NCBI GenBank assembly: GCA_963804645.1
Contig: CAWDRG010000017.1
Location: forward strand, 64,001-128,000
From: an uncultured Bacillota bacterium
Lineage (GTDB): Bacteria > Sysuimicrobiota > Sysuimicrobiia > Sysuimicrobiales > Segetimicrobiaceae
Length of the DNA: 64,000 nt
Direction of reading: 5' to 3'
Shown here: one piece after another, positions 40,510-49,167 of the stretch
How the letters are laid out: each line of letters opens with the position of its first letter
Numbering within the stretch: position 1 is the stretch's first letter
Notes under the pieces: model-generated
Seen by the model: the letters and a program-made list of their open reading frames with translations, nothing else
Database searches by the model: none
What the model was told of the DNA's origin: nothing
Position numbers and translations under genes: made by a program

Positions 40510-41394
40510 TCAGAACCCGCGGCCCCGCAGCCGAGGATCCAAGAGATCCCGCAGCCCGTCGCCGATCAGGTTGAACCCGATCACGGTCACGAGGATCGCC
40601 AGCCCCGGAAACGTCGCGATCCAGGGGGCGGTCAGCATGTAGGAGCGTCCTGTCGCGAGCATCGAGCCCCACTCGGGCGTCGGCGGGGTCGCGCCGAGCC
40701 CGAGAAACGACAGGCCCGCGGTCTCCACGATGGCGAATCCCACGGTGAGCGTCGCCATGACGATGATCGGCGACAGAATGTTGGGGAGAACGTGGCGGCC
40801 GAGGATCCGGGTGGCGCCCGCCCCCACGCCCCGCGCGGCCTCCACGAAGTCCTGCTCGCGGATCGCGAGCACCGCCCCCCGGACCAGCCGTGCGAACTGC
40901 GGGGTGTACACGATGCCGATCGCGATCATGGCATTGATCAGGCTCGGGCCGAGGATCGCGACCACGATCATCGCGAGCAGCAGGTATGGGAACGCGAGCA
41001 TGACGTCCACGCCGCGCATCACCGCCGAGTCGACCCATCCCCCGAAATATCCGGACACGACCCCGAAGAACACCCCGAGCGCGATCGCGATGCCGTCGGC
41101 GACGATCCCCGCCCCGAGCGCGATCCTGGCGCCGAACAGGACGCGCGAAAAGATATCGCGCCCAAACTCATCAGTCCCAAACAAATGCGCCGGCGAGGGA
41201 GACAGCAGCTGATCGGCAAACGCCTGGTCGATCGGATTGTACGGTGCGATCTGCCCCGCGAAGACCGCGGACCCGATCACCACCACGAGCACCACGAACC
41301 CGATGATCAGGTTGGGGCTGCGCACGAGGCGCCGCCACGACAGCGCCGCCGCGCGCCGGCGCGGTTCCGAGACCGCCGCCTCGACCGCGCTCAT
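40510..41394 (-). CDS. Peptide ABC transporter permease (DppC-like)
   Basis: HLFGTDEFGRD, FVEAARGVGA, LSFLGLG, PEWG, GDGLRDLLDPR. Confidence 0.92.
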   Translation of the reverse strand: MSAVEAAVSEPRRRAAALSWRRLVRSPNLIIGFVVLVVVIGSAVFAGQIAPYNPIDQAFADQLLSPSPAHLFGTDEFGRDIFSRVLFGARIALGAGIVADGIAIALGVFFGVVSGYFGGWVDSAVMRGVDVMLAFPYLLLAMIVVAILGPSLINAMIAIGIVYTPQFARLVRGAVLAIREQDFVEAARGVGAGATRILGRHVLPNILSPIIVMATLTVGFAIVETAGLSFLGLGATPPTPEWGSMLATGRSYMLTAPWIATFPGLAILVTVIGFNLIGDGLRDLLDPRLRGRGF

Positions 41395-42395
41395 GCGTAC
41401 CGGATCCTCGGATCGAGGTAGGCGTACAGCACGTCAACCAGCAGGTTCGCGAGCACGAAGATCCCCGCGGCGATCAGCACGACCCCCTGGACGACCGGGT
41501 AGTCGCGCGCCAGCACGCTCGTGATCGCCAGGCGCCCGAGCCCCGGGAGCGCGAAGATCGTCTCGGTCAGCACGGCGCCGCTCAACAGCAGGCCCAGCTG
41601 CAGCCCCACGAGGGTCACGACCGGCAGCAGCGCGTTCCGGAGCGCATGGCGCCGGACGATGCGCCGCTCCAGGACCCCCTTCGCGCGCGCGGTCCGCACG
41701 TAGTCCAATCCCAACACCTCGAGCATGGTCGAGCGCGACATCCGTGCGATCGTGGCCATCGAGGTAAACCCGAGCGCGACCGCGGGCAGGACCAGATGCC
41801 AGGCGGCGCTCCGGGCCACGGCCCACTGTCCGGTCAGCAAGCCGTCGACAAGCGGCATCCCCGTGACGTGGCGCCACGTCATGCCCTCGTCGAGGAGGTT
41901 GCCGAGCGGCAGCCACCCGAGGATCCCGCCGAACACGAGGAGGAGCAGAATCCCGGTCCAGAACACCGGCATCGAGACCCCGACCAGCACGCCCATCATC
42001 GCGCCGGTGTCCGCCAGCGAGCGCGGATGGCGGGCCGCGAAGACGCCGACCGCCAGGCCGAAGACGATCGCGAACAAGAGCGCCGCGACGCTCAGCTGGA
42101 TCGTGACCGGCATCGCCTGCTCGATCTCCCAGATGGCCGGCGCCCTGGTGCGCAGCGAGATGCCGAAGTCCCCCTGCACCGCCCCCGCGAGAAACCGGAC
42201 GTATTGGATGTAGACCGGCTGGTCTAATCCGAGTTGGTGGCGCAGCCGGATGAGATCGGCCTGCGTGCCCTTGTCACCCAGCAGCAGCTCGGCGACATCG
42301 CCGGGGATGGCGTGCATCCCAAAGAACACGAGGATGCTCACCCCGATCATCACGGGCACGAGCTGCACGAACCGGCGGGCGATGTACTTCAGCAT
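41391..42395 (-). CDS. Peptide ABC transporter permease (DppB-like)
   Basis: LGLDQP, DYVRTARAKG, HALRNAL, ETIFALPGLG, LDPRIR. Confidence 0.92.
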   Translation of the reverse strand: MLKYIARRFVQLVPVMIGVSILVFFGMHAIPGDVAELLLGDKGTQADLIRLRHQLGLDQPVYIQYVRFLAGAVQGDFGISLRTRAPAIWEIEQAMPVTIQLSVAALLFAIVFGLAVGVFAARHPRSLADTGAMMGVLVGVSMPVFWTGILLLLVFGGILGWLPLGNLLDEGMTWRHVTGMPLVDGLLTGQWAVARSAAWHLVLPAVALGFTSMATIARMSRSTMLEVLGLDYVRTARAKGVLERRIVRRHALRNALLPVVTLVGLQLGLLLSGAVLTETIFALPGLGRLAITSVLARDYPVVQGVVLIAAGIFVLANLLVDVLYAYLDPRIRYA

Positions 42396-42429
42396 CGGAG
42401 CGCCTGTCTCGAAAGAGTCATCAACTCGA

Positions 42430-42458
42430 GGGGACCCGCCGACCGGCGGCGGGTCCCC
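42430..42458. terminator. 12-bp GC stem-loop between binding-protein and permease genes
   Basis: GGGGACCCGCCG-accgg-CGGCGGGTCCCC; no U-tract, so attenuator or mRNA stabiliser. Confidence 0.6.
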
Positions 42459-42482
42459 CGCTCCACGTCCGCGGCTCCCGAC

Positions 42483-44099
42483 TTACTGGAGTCCGACCTG
42501 CTCCATATGGAAGAACATCTGGAGCGGGTTGAGCTGGAATCCGGTCACGTTCGCGCGGGTCGCGCGCACCTGGTTCGTGTGGTTGATGAAAATCCACGCC
42601 GCGTCGTCGTGGAGCAGCTTGTTGGCCTGCTCGTAGATCGCCGCCCGCTTCGCCTGGTCGGTCACCTGCCGGCCCTGGACGATCAGTTTGTCGTAGGCGA
42701 CGTCGTGGTGGCGCGAGGCGTTGTTGGCGCGTGCCTTCCCGGCCACCTCATCCCACTCGAACAGGTCGCCGAGGAAGTTGTCCGGATCGCCGTTGTCGCC
42801 GGACCACCCGCTGATCGCGAAGCCCTCCCAGGGCGTGTGCCGGTACTTGTCGAGGTACGCGCCCCACTCGTACTGGGTGATCTTGACGTTCACGCCGACC
42901 TTGGCGAGATACCCCTGCACCGCCTCGCCGAGCTTGGCGCCGCCGATCGGATTGTAGCCGCGCGGGTTCGCGTACACGATCATCTCGGTCGTGAACCCGC
43001 TCGCGAACCCCGCCTCGGTCAGCAGCTGCTTTGCCTTCGCGGCGTCGTACGGATACGGATCGACGGACTTGTTGTAGCCCCACAGCACGGGCGGCATCCC
43101 CTGGCTGGCCGTGGTCGCGCCGCCGTAGAGGCCCTTGTTGATCGCGTCCTTGTCGACCGCGTAGTTCATCGCCTGCCGCACGCGGACGTCCTTGAACGGG
43201 CCGAGGTCGTTCGACATCGCGACGCCCAGGATCGTCAGGCCCGGCGCCGAGTAGAGCTTCAGGTCCTTGTTGCCGGTGACGCGGGAGTAGTCGGACGGCG
43301 GCACGTCGGCCAGGACCTGCACCTGGTTGCGCTCGAGCTGCAGCATCCGCGTGGCGCTCTCCGGGACGATCTGGAAGATCATGCGGTCGACCTTGGGCCG
43401 GCCGCCCCAGTACGCCGCGTTGGCGTCGAGGGTGATGTGGTCGTTGCGCACGGCCTCCACGAACTTGAACGGGCCGGTCCCGACCGGATGCTGGCTCGCA
43501 TCGCAGTTGTACTGCTTCGTGGCCGCGGGCGACATGATGCCCTGCCAGACCATCGCGAGGCTCGTGATGAACGGCGCGTTCGGCTGCGGCAGCGTGAACC
43601 GCAGCGTGTAATCGTCGAGGACGTCCATCTTCGCGACGGTGCCGTCCTTCACGGACCCAAAGGTGAAGTCGTCGTACGTGTCCACGTCCTTGCGCGCGAG
43701 CACGTAGCAGGGATTGTTCGGGTTGATCGCGCGGTCCACGTCCTGGGCGACCGTGCGCGCGTTCATCGGCGTGCCGTCCTGGAAGTTCACGTTATGCCGG
43801 ATGTGGAACGTGTAGACTTTCCCGTCCGGGGAGATCGTCCACGACTCCGCGAGCCCCGGCCCGACATCGCTGCTGCCGGGCTTGTAGTTGACGATGCTGT
43901 CGAAGATCGTCGACATCACGAATCCCGACTCGTTGTTCTCCACGGTCTGCGGATCGAGGCCGGTCTGATCCGCGCCGATCGCGATCACCAACGTCTTCGG
44001 CGCCTGGGCCTGCGCCAGTCCCACGCCCCAAAACCCTACGGGTACGATCGCCGCCGCGAGGAGCAGCGGAAGCAACCGCCTGACGAACAGGTGCGTCAT
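42483..44099 (-). CDS. Peptide ABC transporter substrate-binding protein (DppA-like)
   Basis: Signal peptide, PGLAESW, PVGTGPF, VRQAMNYAVD, RGYNP, GWSGDNGDPDNF; AGGAGG RBS. Confidence 0.92.
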   Translation of the reverse strand: MTHLFVRRLLPLLLAAAIVPVGFWGVGLAQAQAPKTLVIAIGADQTGLDPQTVENNESGFVMSTIFDSIVNYKPGSSDVGPGLAESWTISPDGKVYTFHIRHNVNFQDGTPMNARTVAQDVDRAINPNNPCYVLARKDVDTYDDFTFGSVKDGTVAKMDVLDDYTLRFTLPQPNAPFITSLAMVWQGIMSPAATKQYNCDASQHPVGTGPFKFVEAVRNDHITLDANAAYWGGRPKVDRMIFQIVPESATRMLQLERNQVQVLADVPPSDYSRVTGNKDLKLYSAPGLTILGVAMSNDLGPFKDVRVRQAMNYAVDKDAINKGLYGGATTASQGMPPVLWGYNKSVDPYPYDAAKAKQLLTEAGFASGFTTEMIVYANPRGYNPIGGAKLGEAVQGYLAKVGVNVKITQYEWGAYLDKYRHTPWEGFAISGWSGDNGDPDNFLGDLFEWDEVAGKARANNASRHHDVAYDKLIVQGRQVTDQAKRAAIYEQANKLLHDDAAWIFINHTNQVRATRANVTGFQLNPLQMFFHMEQVGLQ

Positions 44100-44288
44100 G
44101 CACCACCTCCTGTGTGGCTGGCTGGTCTGGGTCTCACACTCGGCCCGGCGCCGCGGGATACGCGTCCCCCACCGGTTCTGTAAGAATACGCGCTGCGGGG
44201 CGCTCAGCCCTGCTTCGCCGGGCCGCGCGAGGACGCGGAGCCGCCGCGCGGCGCGGCCCGCCCGGAACGGGGTGCGGGGTGTGCGAGG

Positions 44289-45128
44289 TTACGGAGTGCC
44301 GGGGACCGGGACCGGCTCGCCGCGGAGTTCGCGGGAGCGGGCGGTGGCGCGTTCGATCGCCTCGTGCATGGCCTCCGCGAAGCCGCGCGCCTCGAGCACC
44401 CGCATGGCCGCCATCGTCGTCCCGTTGGGGGACGTGACGCGGGCGCGCAGCACGGCCGGCTGCTGCCCGCTCTCCGAGAGCATCTTGCCGGCGCCGAGGA
44501 CGGTCTGGGTGACCAGATCGCGCGCGATGTCGAGGTCGAGCCCGGCGCGCACGCCGGCCTCGACCATCACCTCGGCGAGCAGATACACGTACGCCGGCCC
44601 GCTGCCGGACAGCCCCGTGACCGCGTCGAACAGCGGCTCGGGCACGACCGCGACGCGGCCCACCGCCTCGAACAGCCGGCGCGCGACCGCGAGGTGCTCG
44701 GCCCTCGCCCAGCGGCCCGCGCACAGCGCCGTGGCCGAGGCGTTGACCGCGGTCGAGGTGTTCGGCATCGTCCGGATCGCGGGGACGCCGTCGAGGACGC
44801 GCTCGATCACGTCGAGCGAAATGCCCGCGGCGATCGACACGATCAGGTGCCGGGGCGAGGCATGGGGAGCGATCTCGGCGAGCGCCTCCCGCATGTCCTG
44901 CGGCTTCACGACCAGGATCACGACCTCGGCGTCGCGCATCAGTTGCGCCTTGTCGCGGGTCGTCCGCACGCCCCACGCGCGCGCCAGCCGCGCGAGCCGC
45001 TCGTCGTCGCGCCGGTTGGTCACGATGCACCGGTTGGGCGCCACCGTGCCCGTGCCGAGCAGGCCGCCCAGCAGCGCCTCCGCCATGTTCCCGGCGCCGA
45101 TCAGCGCCACCACCGTGTTCCGGTCCAT
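44289..45128 (-). CDS. proC: Pyrroline-5-carboxylate reductase
   Basis: IGAGNMAEA, VKPQ, SIAAG, RTMPNT, GLSGSGPAY, VTSPNGTT; GAGGAGG RBS. Confidence 0.95.
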   Translation of the reverse strand: MDRNTVVALIGAGNMAEALLGGLLGTGTVAPNRCIVTNRRDDERLARLARAWGVRTTRDKAQLMRDAEVVILVVKPQDMREALAEIAPHASPRHLIVSIAAGISLDVIERVLDGVPAIRTMPNTSTAVNASATALCAGRWARAEHLAVARRLFEAVGRVAVVPEPLFDAVTGLSGSGPAYVYLLAEVMVEAGVRAGLDLDIARDLVTQTVLGAGKMLSESGQQPAVLRARVTSPNGTTMAAMRVLEARGFAEAMHEAIERATARSRELRGEPVPVPGTP

Positions 45129-45140
45129 CGCCGTCCTCCT

Positions 45141-45182
45141 CAAAATGCAAACGCCCCGCTTCGCCAAAGGGCGAAAGGGGCG
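45141..45182 (-). terminator. T-box intrinsic terminator
   Basis: CGCCCCTTTCGCC-cttt-GGCGAAGCGGGGCG followed by TTTGCATTTT; overlaps the 3' strand of the antiterminator. Confidence 0.75.
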
Positions 45183-45390
45183 CTTCCGCGGTACCACCTT
45201 TGTTCTCCGGCCTCACGACCGGAGCACTCACCGCGTTCTCGGGCGGACCCGGCTTCCGTTTCGGCGGCGGCGCCGCGGTGGCGGAAGCGGCTCGGGAAGT
45301 GGGTTCGGAGATCGCCGCGGCAGCCCTCGCACCGTGTGGCGGCTGCTCTCTAGGTCGCGGACCGCTCTCCTACGTCTTCCGTCAGCGCCA
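45141..45390 (-). ncRNA. T-box riboswitch, proline specifier (CCC)
   Basis: Stem I with GA motif (GCTGA...CGAGC), AGAGAGC AG-box, GGTGCGA loop, GAA-CCC-A specifier at 45301-45303; T-box AAAGG-TGGTACC-GCG at 45187-45201. Confidence 0.9.
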
Positions 45391-45402
45391 TCTAACGCGC
45401 GT

Positions 45403-45432
45403 AGAGTACCAATCCGGCCGTACCGCCGTCAA
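45403..45432 (-). promoter_or_regulatory. Sigma70-type promoter of T-box/proC
   Basis: TTGACG-18 nt-TACTCT with extended TG, just upstream of Stem I. Confidence 0.7.
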
Positions 45433-45645
45433 TAGCAGGGGGCCAGCGGCCAGCAATTTCGCAGATGGGCGAGCGGTAGCCAAAACGCCCGCAGGTCCCG
45501 GGCGGCATAGAAGCTGTCGAACAGTCTTGCGGTGGATTCGTGGCTGCACGAGTGCGCGAACGGGACCGGGGGGAAGTGACGACGGGGGGAAGGCCCTGAG
45601 AGTCCGAGTCGCGACTCCGGGTCTGGGGCGTTTCCGCGCCAACGG

Positions 45646-46905
45646 TCAGCTCGAGTCGACGTGCACCTGGGCGAACGCCGGGACGATTTGGCGCGCGATC
45701 TGGCAGAGCGTCGGCGGCGTGTGCCGGGCGTGACTCAGCACCTGGCGATGAAAGAACACCAGCAGCAGTGTATAGGCCAGGATGCGAATCATGGTGAGCA
45801 CCACGAAGGCTTGATCGTGCTGCTGGTGCACCGCGGGATGTTTGAGCTGGCACTCCTTCGTCAGCGTCTGGAAGACTTCCGTGTCAATGCGCCACCGCGC
45901 GCGCCCCAGCGCCGCGAGCCCCCCAGGGGAACAGGCCAGCTCGAGCAGACTACTGGCGTAGAGGTTCGTGCTCTCGTCCCACACCACCGTTTTGTGGCGG
46001 GTGCAGTGGCCCCCCTCGCGCTGGACGTGCACGCGCGTCTGCGCGGCCCGCCGCACCTCCTTGACGCACCGCACGGACCGGTCGCCCGCCGCCCAGTGCA
46101 CGTCGGGCACATACCAGAGGTGCGTCACAACGTCAGGCGTCACCGTCTCCGCCGGCATCACGTCACTCGTTCTGCGCGCCAGTTCCGCGACCAACTCGGG
46201 CTGATTGTCTTTCACGGAGCACACCCAGTCGAGGCCAAGCGCTTCGATGGCATCGATGACCGGCTTGCCGAAATAAAGCGCGTCCGCCACCAGGACGTCC
46301 ACGAACCGCCGCCCCAACTGGCCCACCAGCTCCTCCAGCAGGGCCTGTGCACAGGCCACTTCGCCTTCGCCCGGCGCCTGAAAGCGTAGCCCCAGCGGAA
46401 TCGGAAACGGCGTGCTCACCACGGCGACCGCCACGATGCGGTGATAGTATTGGACGGCGGTCTGCAGGACGCCGTCGATCATCCGCTCGACCGTCCGCTC
46501 CAGACAGGTGTCGCAGCAGCGGACGTAGGACTGGCAAATCTCGATCCCGTCCACCGCCGCCACGATCAGGCCGTGTGCCGCGTCCGTGCGCAGCACCCCA
46601 TTGCGCTTCAGCCGGCGCGCCACGTCGCAGCCCAGCGTCAATACCGCTTCGGGCGCCAGGCGCTCGAGCGTGTAGCGCAGCGTGTCCTCGCTGAGCGGCC
46701 CGATCCGATGGCGCAGCCCACCGGCCCGGCACTCAGATTCCAACTGATGGAAGCTTCGGATCCGCCCGATCGCCCCCCAGAAGACGGCGGCGAAGACCTT
46801 CTGACACGAGTGCTGCGGGTGCTGCCGCCCCTCCGGCAGGCCAGCCAGCAGGACCGACCAATTGAAGATTTTCTCGAAATACGCCTCGACCTCGTGCCGC
46901 CCCAC
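45646..46905 (-). CDS. DDE transposase (IS4/ISAs1-like superfamily)
   Basis: AAVDG, GEGEV, VLVADALY, VKDNQ, RARWRIDTEVF; CCxxC insert. Confidence 0.88.
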   Translation of the reverse strand: MGRHEVEAYFEKIFNWSVLLAGLPEGRQHPQHSCQKVFAAVFWGAIGRIRSFHQLESECRAGGLRHRIGPLSEDTLRYTLERLAPEAVLTLGCDVARRLKRNGVLRTDAAHGLIVAAVDGIEICQSYVRCCDTCLERTVERMIDGVLQTAVQYYHRIVAVAVVSTPFPIPLGLRFQAPGEGEVACAQALLEELVGQLGRRFVDVLVADALYFGKPVIDAIEALGLDWVCSVKDNQPELVAELARRTSDVMPAETVTPDVVTHLWYVPDVHWAAGDRSVRCVKEVRRAAQTRVHVQREGGHCTRHKTVVWDESTNLYASSLLELACSPGGLAALGRARWRIDTEVFQTLTKECQLKHPAVHQQHDQAFVVLTMIRILAYTLLLVFFHRQVLSHARHTPPTLCQIARQIVPAFAQVHVDSS

Positions 46906-46908
46906 CGC

Positions 46909-47295
46909 TTACGGAGCCTTCCGCCGTTGCTGGCGCGCGAGAGCGAGCAACTCCACGTTGGTCGTCAACACCTCGCGCACGGCGTCCTGAAACGCCCGCC
47001 CCGCGTCCACCCGCGCCCGAATGTCGTCCACGAGCGCCGTCGGGATGTGCAGCATCCGCTTGTGCCCGTCGACCATATAAGTCAGCGACCACTTCGGATG
47101 CCCCACGTCGTGGGCACAGTGACACGTCGGTTTCCCACACCGAAAATGGCTGAACGTCAGCGACCCGGGTAACATCTCTTCCACGGCCTCGGTCAGCGCG
47201 TGCTCCCGCCGCACCGCCGCGCGGCGGTGCCGGAGGCGCGCCGCCTCCGGACCGCGGGGTCCACTGAAATCCAGGCGGAGCCGAGCGCGTGTCAT
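46909..47295 (-). CDS. DUF6788-like small Cys/His protein
   Basis: MLPGSL...RCGKPTCHCA...GHP.W.LTY...GHKR..HIP. Confidence 0.8.
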   Translation of the reverse strand: MTRARLRLDFSGPRGPEAARLRHRRAAVRREHALTEAVEEMLPGSLTFSHFRCGKPTCHCAHDVGHPKWSLTYMVDGHKRMLHIPTALVDDIRARVDAGRAFQDAVREVLTTNVELLALARQQRRKAP

Positions 47296-47333
47296 CTAGG
47301 AGCAACTATACTCCTAGATCCCTCGGCATGCAA
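47294..47333 (-). promoter_or_regulatory. IS internal promoter with overlapping 9-bp inverted repeat
   Basis: TTGCAT-17 nt-TATAGT, 9 nt before the ATG; ATCTAGGAG/CTCCTAGAT flank the -10. Confidence 0.7.
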
Positions 47334-47622
47334 GGGCTTTCTGCGAATGCAAAAATGCCCGGACGACAGAAATCAGCGGGAATCGCTGATAGTGCTGGGC
47401 GAACCCGTCACCTTACCGTACTATTTGCGAAATCGCTGGGCCAGCGGCACCGCGCGGCCGTCGGTGCGCAGCCGCCAGATCCGCCCCCGCGGAGGTGCTG
47501 GTGCGAGGATCGTGGAACGCTGTCGAGTCCGGACCGACACGGCGCAGATGGCACCTCCGGAGAAGATCCCCACGTCGGTTGGACCACCTGCGACACCTGG
47601 GCCGCGTGCGACAATGGCACCG

Positions 47623-48588
47623 ATGCGCACCATCACGCTCGAAGAGCACGTGACGACGGACGCCTTCCTCGCCGCGACCGAATCAGGGCGCGCGAGGGCG
47701 GGGGGCGTGACCGCGAAACTGCTGGACATGGGCGCCGGCCGCATCGCGGACATGGACGCCAGCCACATCGATCTGCAGGTCTTGTCCCTCTCGAGCGGCG
47801 GACTGGACGCGATGGACCCTGCGCGCGCCCGCGCGCTTGCGCGTGACACCAACGACGCGCTCGCCGCCGCCGTCCGCGCGCATCCCGATCGCTTTGCCGC
47901 GTTCGCCACGCTCGCCCTCCAGGAGCCGGACACCGCCGCCGCGGAACTTGAACGCTGCGTCACGCAGCTCGGCTTCAAAGGCATGATCGTGATGGGCACG
48001 GTGAACGGTGTGTTTCTGGATGACGTGCGCTTCACGCCGGTCTTCGAGGCCGCCCACGCGCTCGACGTGCCGATCTACCTGCATCCCGGCTTGCCGCCTC
48101 GCCCGGTGATGGAGGCGTACTACAGCGGGCTGCCCGGCGGCGTCGGCCGCGACCTTGCCGCGGCCGGGTGGGGATTTCACGCCGAAACGGGGCTGCACGC
48201 CCTCCGACTGATGGTGTCCGGTCTGTTCGACCGGTTTCCCGCGCTCAAGATCATCGTCGGGCACATGGGGGAGCACCTGCCGGACAACATCGCCCGCGGT
48301 GACTGGGTGTTCCACAGGTCGGCTCGCCGCGGCAACGCGCTGCCGTTCACGCGCACGGTCCTCGAGTATTTCCGTGAGCACTTTTACGTCACGACGAGCG
48401 GCTACTTCACGATCCCGCCGCTCCTGTGTGCCCTGCAGGTGATCGGCGCCGACCGCGTGCTGTTCTCTGTGGATTATCCGCTCGCGTCAAATGTGGAGGC
48501 GAGGGAATTTCTTGACGCGCTCCCCATCGGGGCCGAGGATCTTGAGAAAATCGCACATCGCAACGCGGAGCGCCTCATGAAGCTGTGA
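47623..48588 (+). CDS. Amidohydrolase_2 family (aromatic acid decarboxylase-like)
   Basis: ITLEEH, PIYLHP, GLFDRFP, GHMGE, TTSG, FSVDYP, NAERL. Confidence 0.9.
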   Translation: MRTITLEEHVTTDAFLAATESGRARAGGVTAKLLDMGAGRIADMDASHIDLQVLSLSSGGLDAMDPARARALARDTNDALAAAVRAHPDRFAAFATLALQEPDTAAAELERCVTQLGFKGMIVMGTVNGVFLDDVRFTPVFEAAHALDVPIYLHPGLPPRPVMEAYYSGLPGGVGRDLAAAGWGFHAETGLHALRLMVSGLFDRFPALKIIVGHMGEHLPDNIARGDWVFHRSARRGNALPFTRTVLEYFREHFYVTTSGYFTIPPLLCALQVIGADRVLFSVDYPLASNVEAREFLDALPIGAEDLEKIAHRNAERLMKL

Positions 48589-48633
48589 GCGGCTGGACCG
48601 CAACACACGGGCGCCGCCACCCGCGATGGAAAG

Positions 48634-48660
48634 CGGGGACAGGCGGCAACCCTGTCCCCG
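48634..48660. terminator. Hairpin between convergent genes
   Basis: CGGGGACAGG-cggcaac-CCTGTCCCCG, followed by CTTT on the minus strand. Confidence 0.6.
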
Positions 48661-48675
48661 ACGACGTGGATCGAG

Positions 48676-48969
48676 CTACACCTTCACCTTGCCGAGACCG
48701 GCCTTGAGGTCGTCGGCGTTCATGACCGGCGAGAATTCAAGCGCGGCGTCGAGGCCCATGAAGAGGGGTTCGGCGATCCGCGGGATATCGCTCGCAGCCG
48801 GAAGGTCGAAGAAGATGAGCCCGGTGCGCATGCCGTCCATCGCCGTGAAGTAGGCCGCTTCAGCCTTGAGCTCTTGGAGCGCTGACTGAATGATCCGTGC
48901 AAGGCTTCCGTCTTTGATCGCCGCATTGCCCTTCTCGACCGGAATCGTGACCCGAAGCATCATCCGCAA
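48676..48969 (-). CDS. Small conserved protein (DUF3303/GYD-like)
   Basis: MMLRVTIPVEKGNAAIKDG..AEAAYF..DG.RT..FFD..IPRIAEP..PVMNADDL; GGAGG before TTG. Confidence 0.75.
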   Translation of the reverse strand: MRMMLRVTIPVEKGNAAIKDGSLARIIQSALQELKAEAAYFTAMDGMRTGLIFFDLPAASDIPRIAEPLFMGLDAALEFSPVMNADDLKAGLGKVKV

Positions 48970-49167
48970 CACCGCACCTCCATCGTCTGTGACGCACATC
49001 ATGGTTCGTGACCGTCGGCGCGGCCACCTTCGTTCGAAGGTTCTCGGCGGAGTCGCTCGATCGGATGACCCGTAAAGGAAAGGACCGCGGCCGCGACGGA
49101 TACACAAGGCGCAGAGTATGCAGCCACAGGGCCGCCGGCTCACGGGGCCCGAGCGGGGTGAGCGCGC

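Larger units (their letters stand above)
45451..47438 (-). mobile_element. Complete two-ORF insertion sequence (1,988 bp) with 16-bp imperfect IRs and 10-bp target-site duplication
   Basis: IR CAGCAATTTCGCAGAT (45451-45466) vs CAGCGATTTCGCAAAT (reverse complement of 47423-47438); GGCCAGCGGC at 45441-45450 and 47439-47448. Confidence 0.92.
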
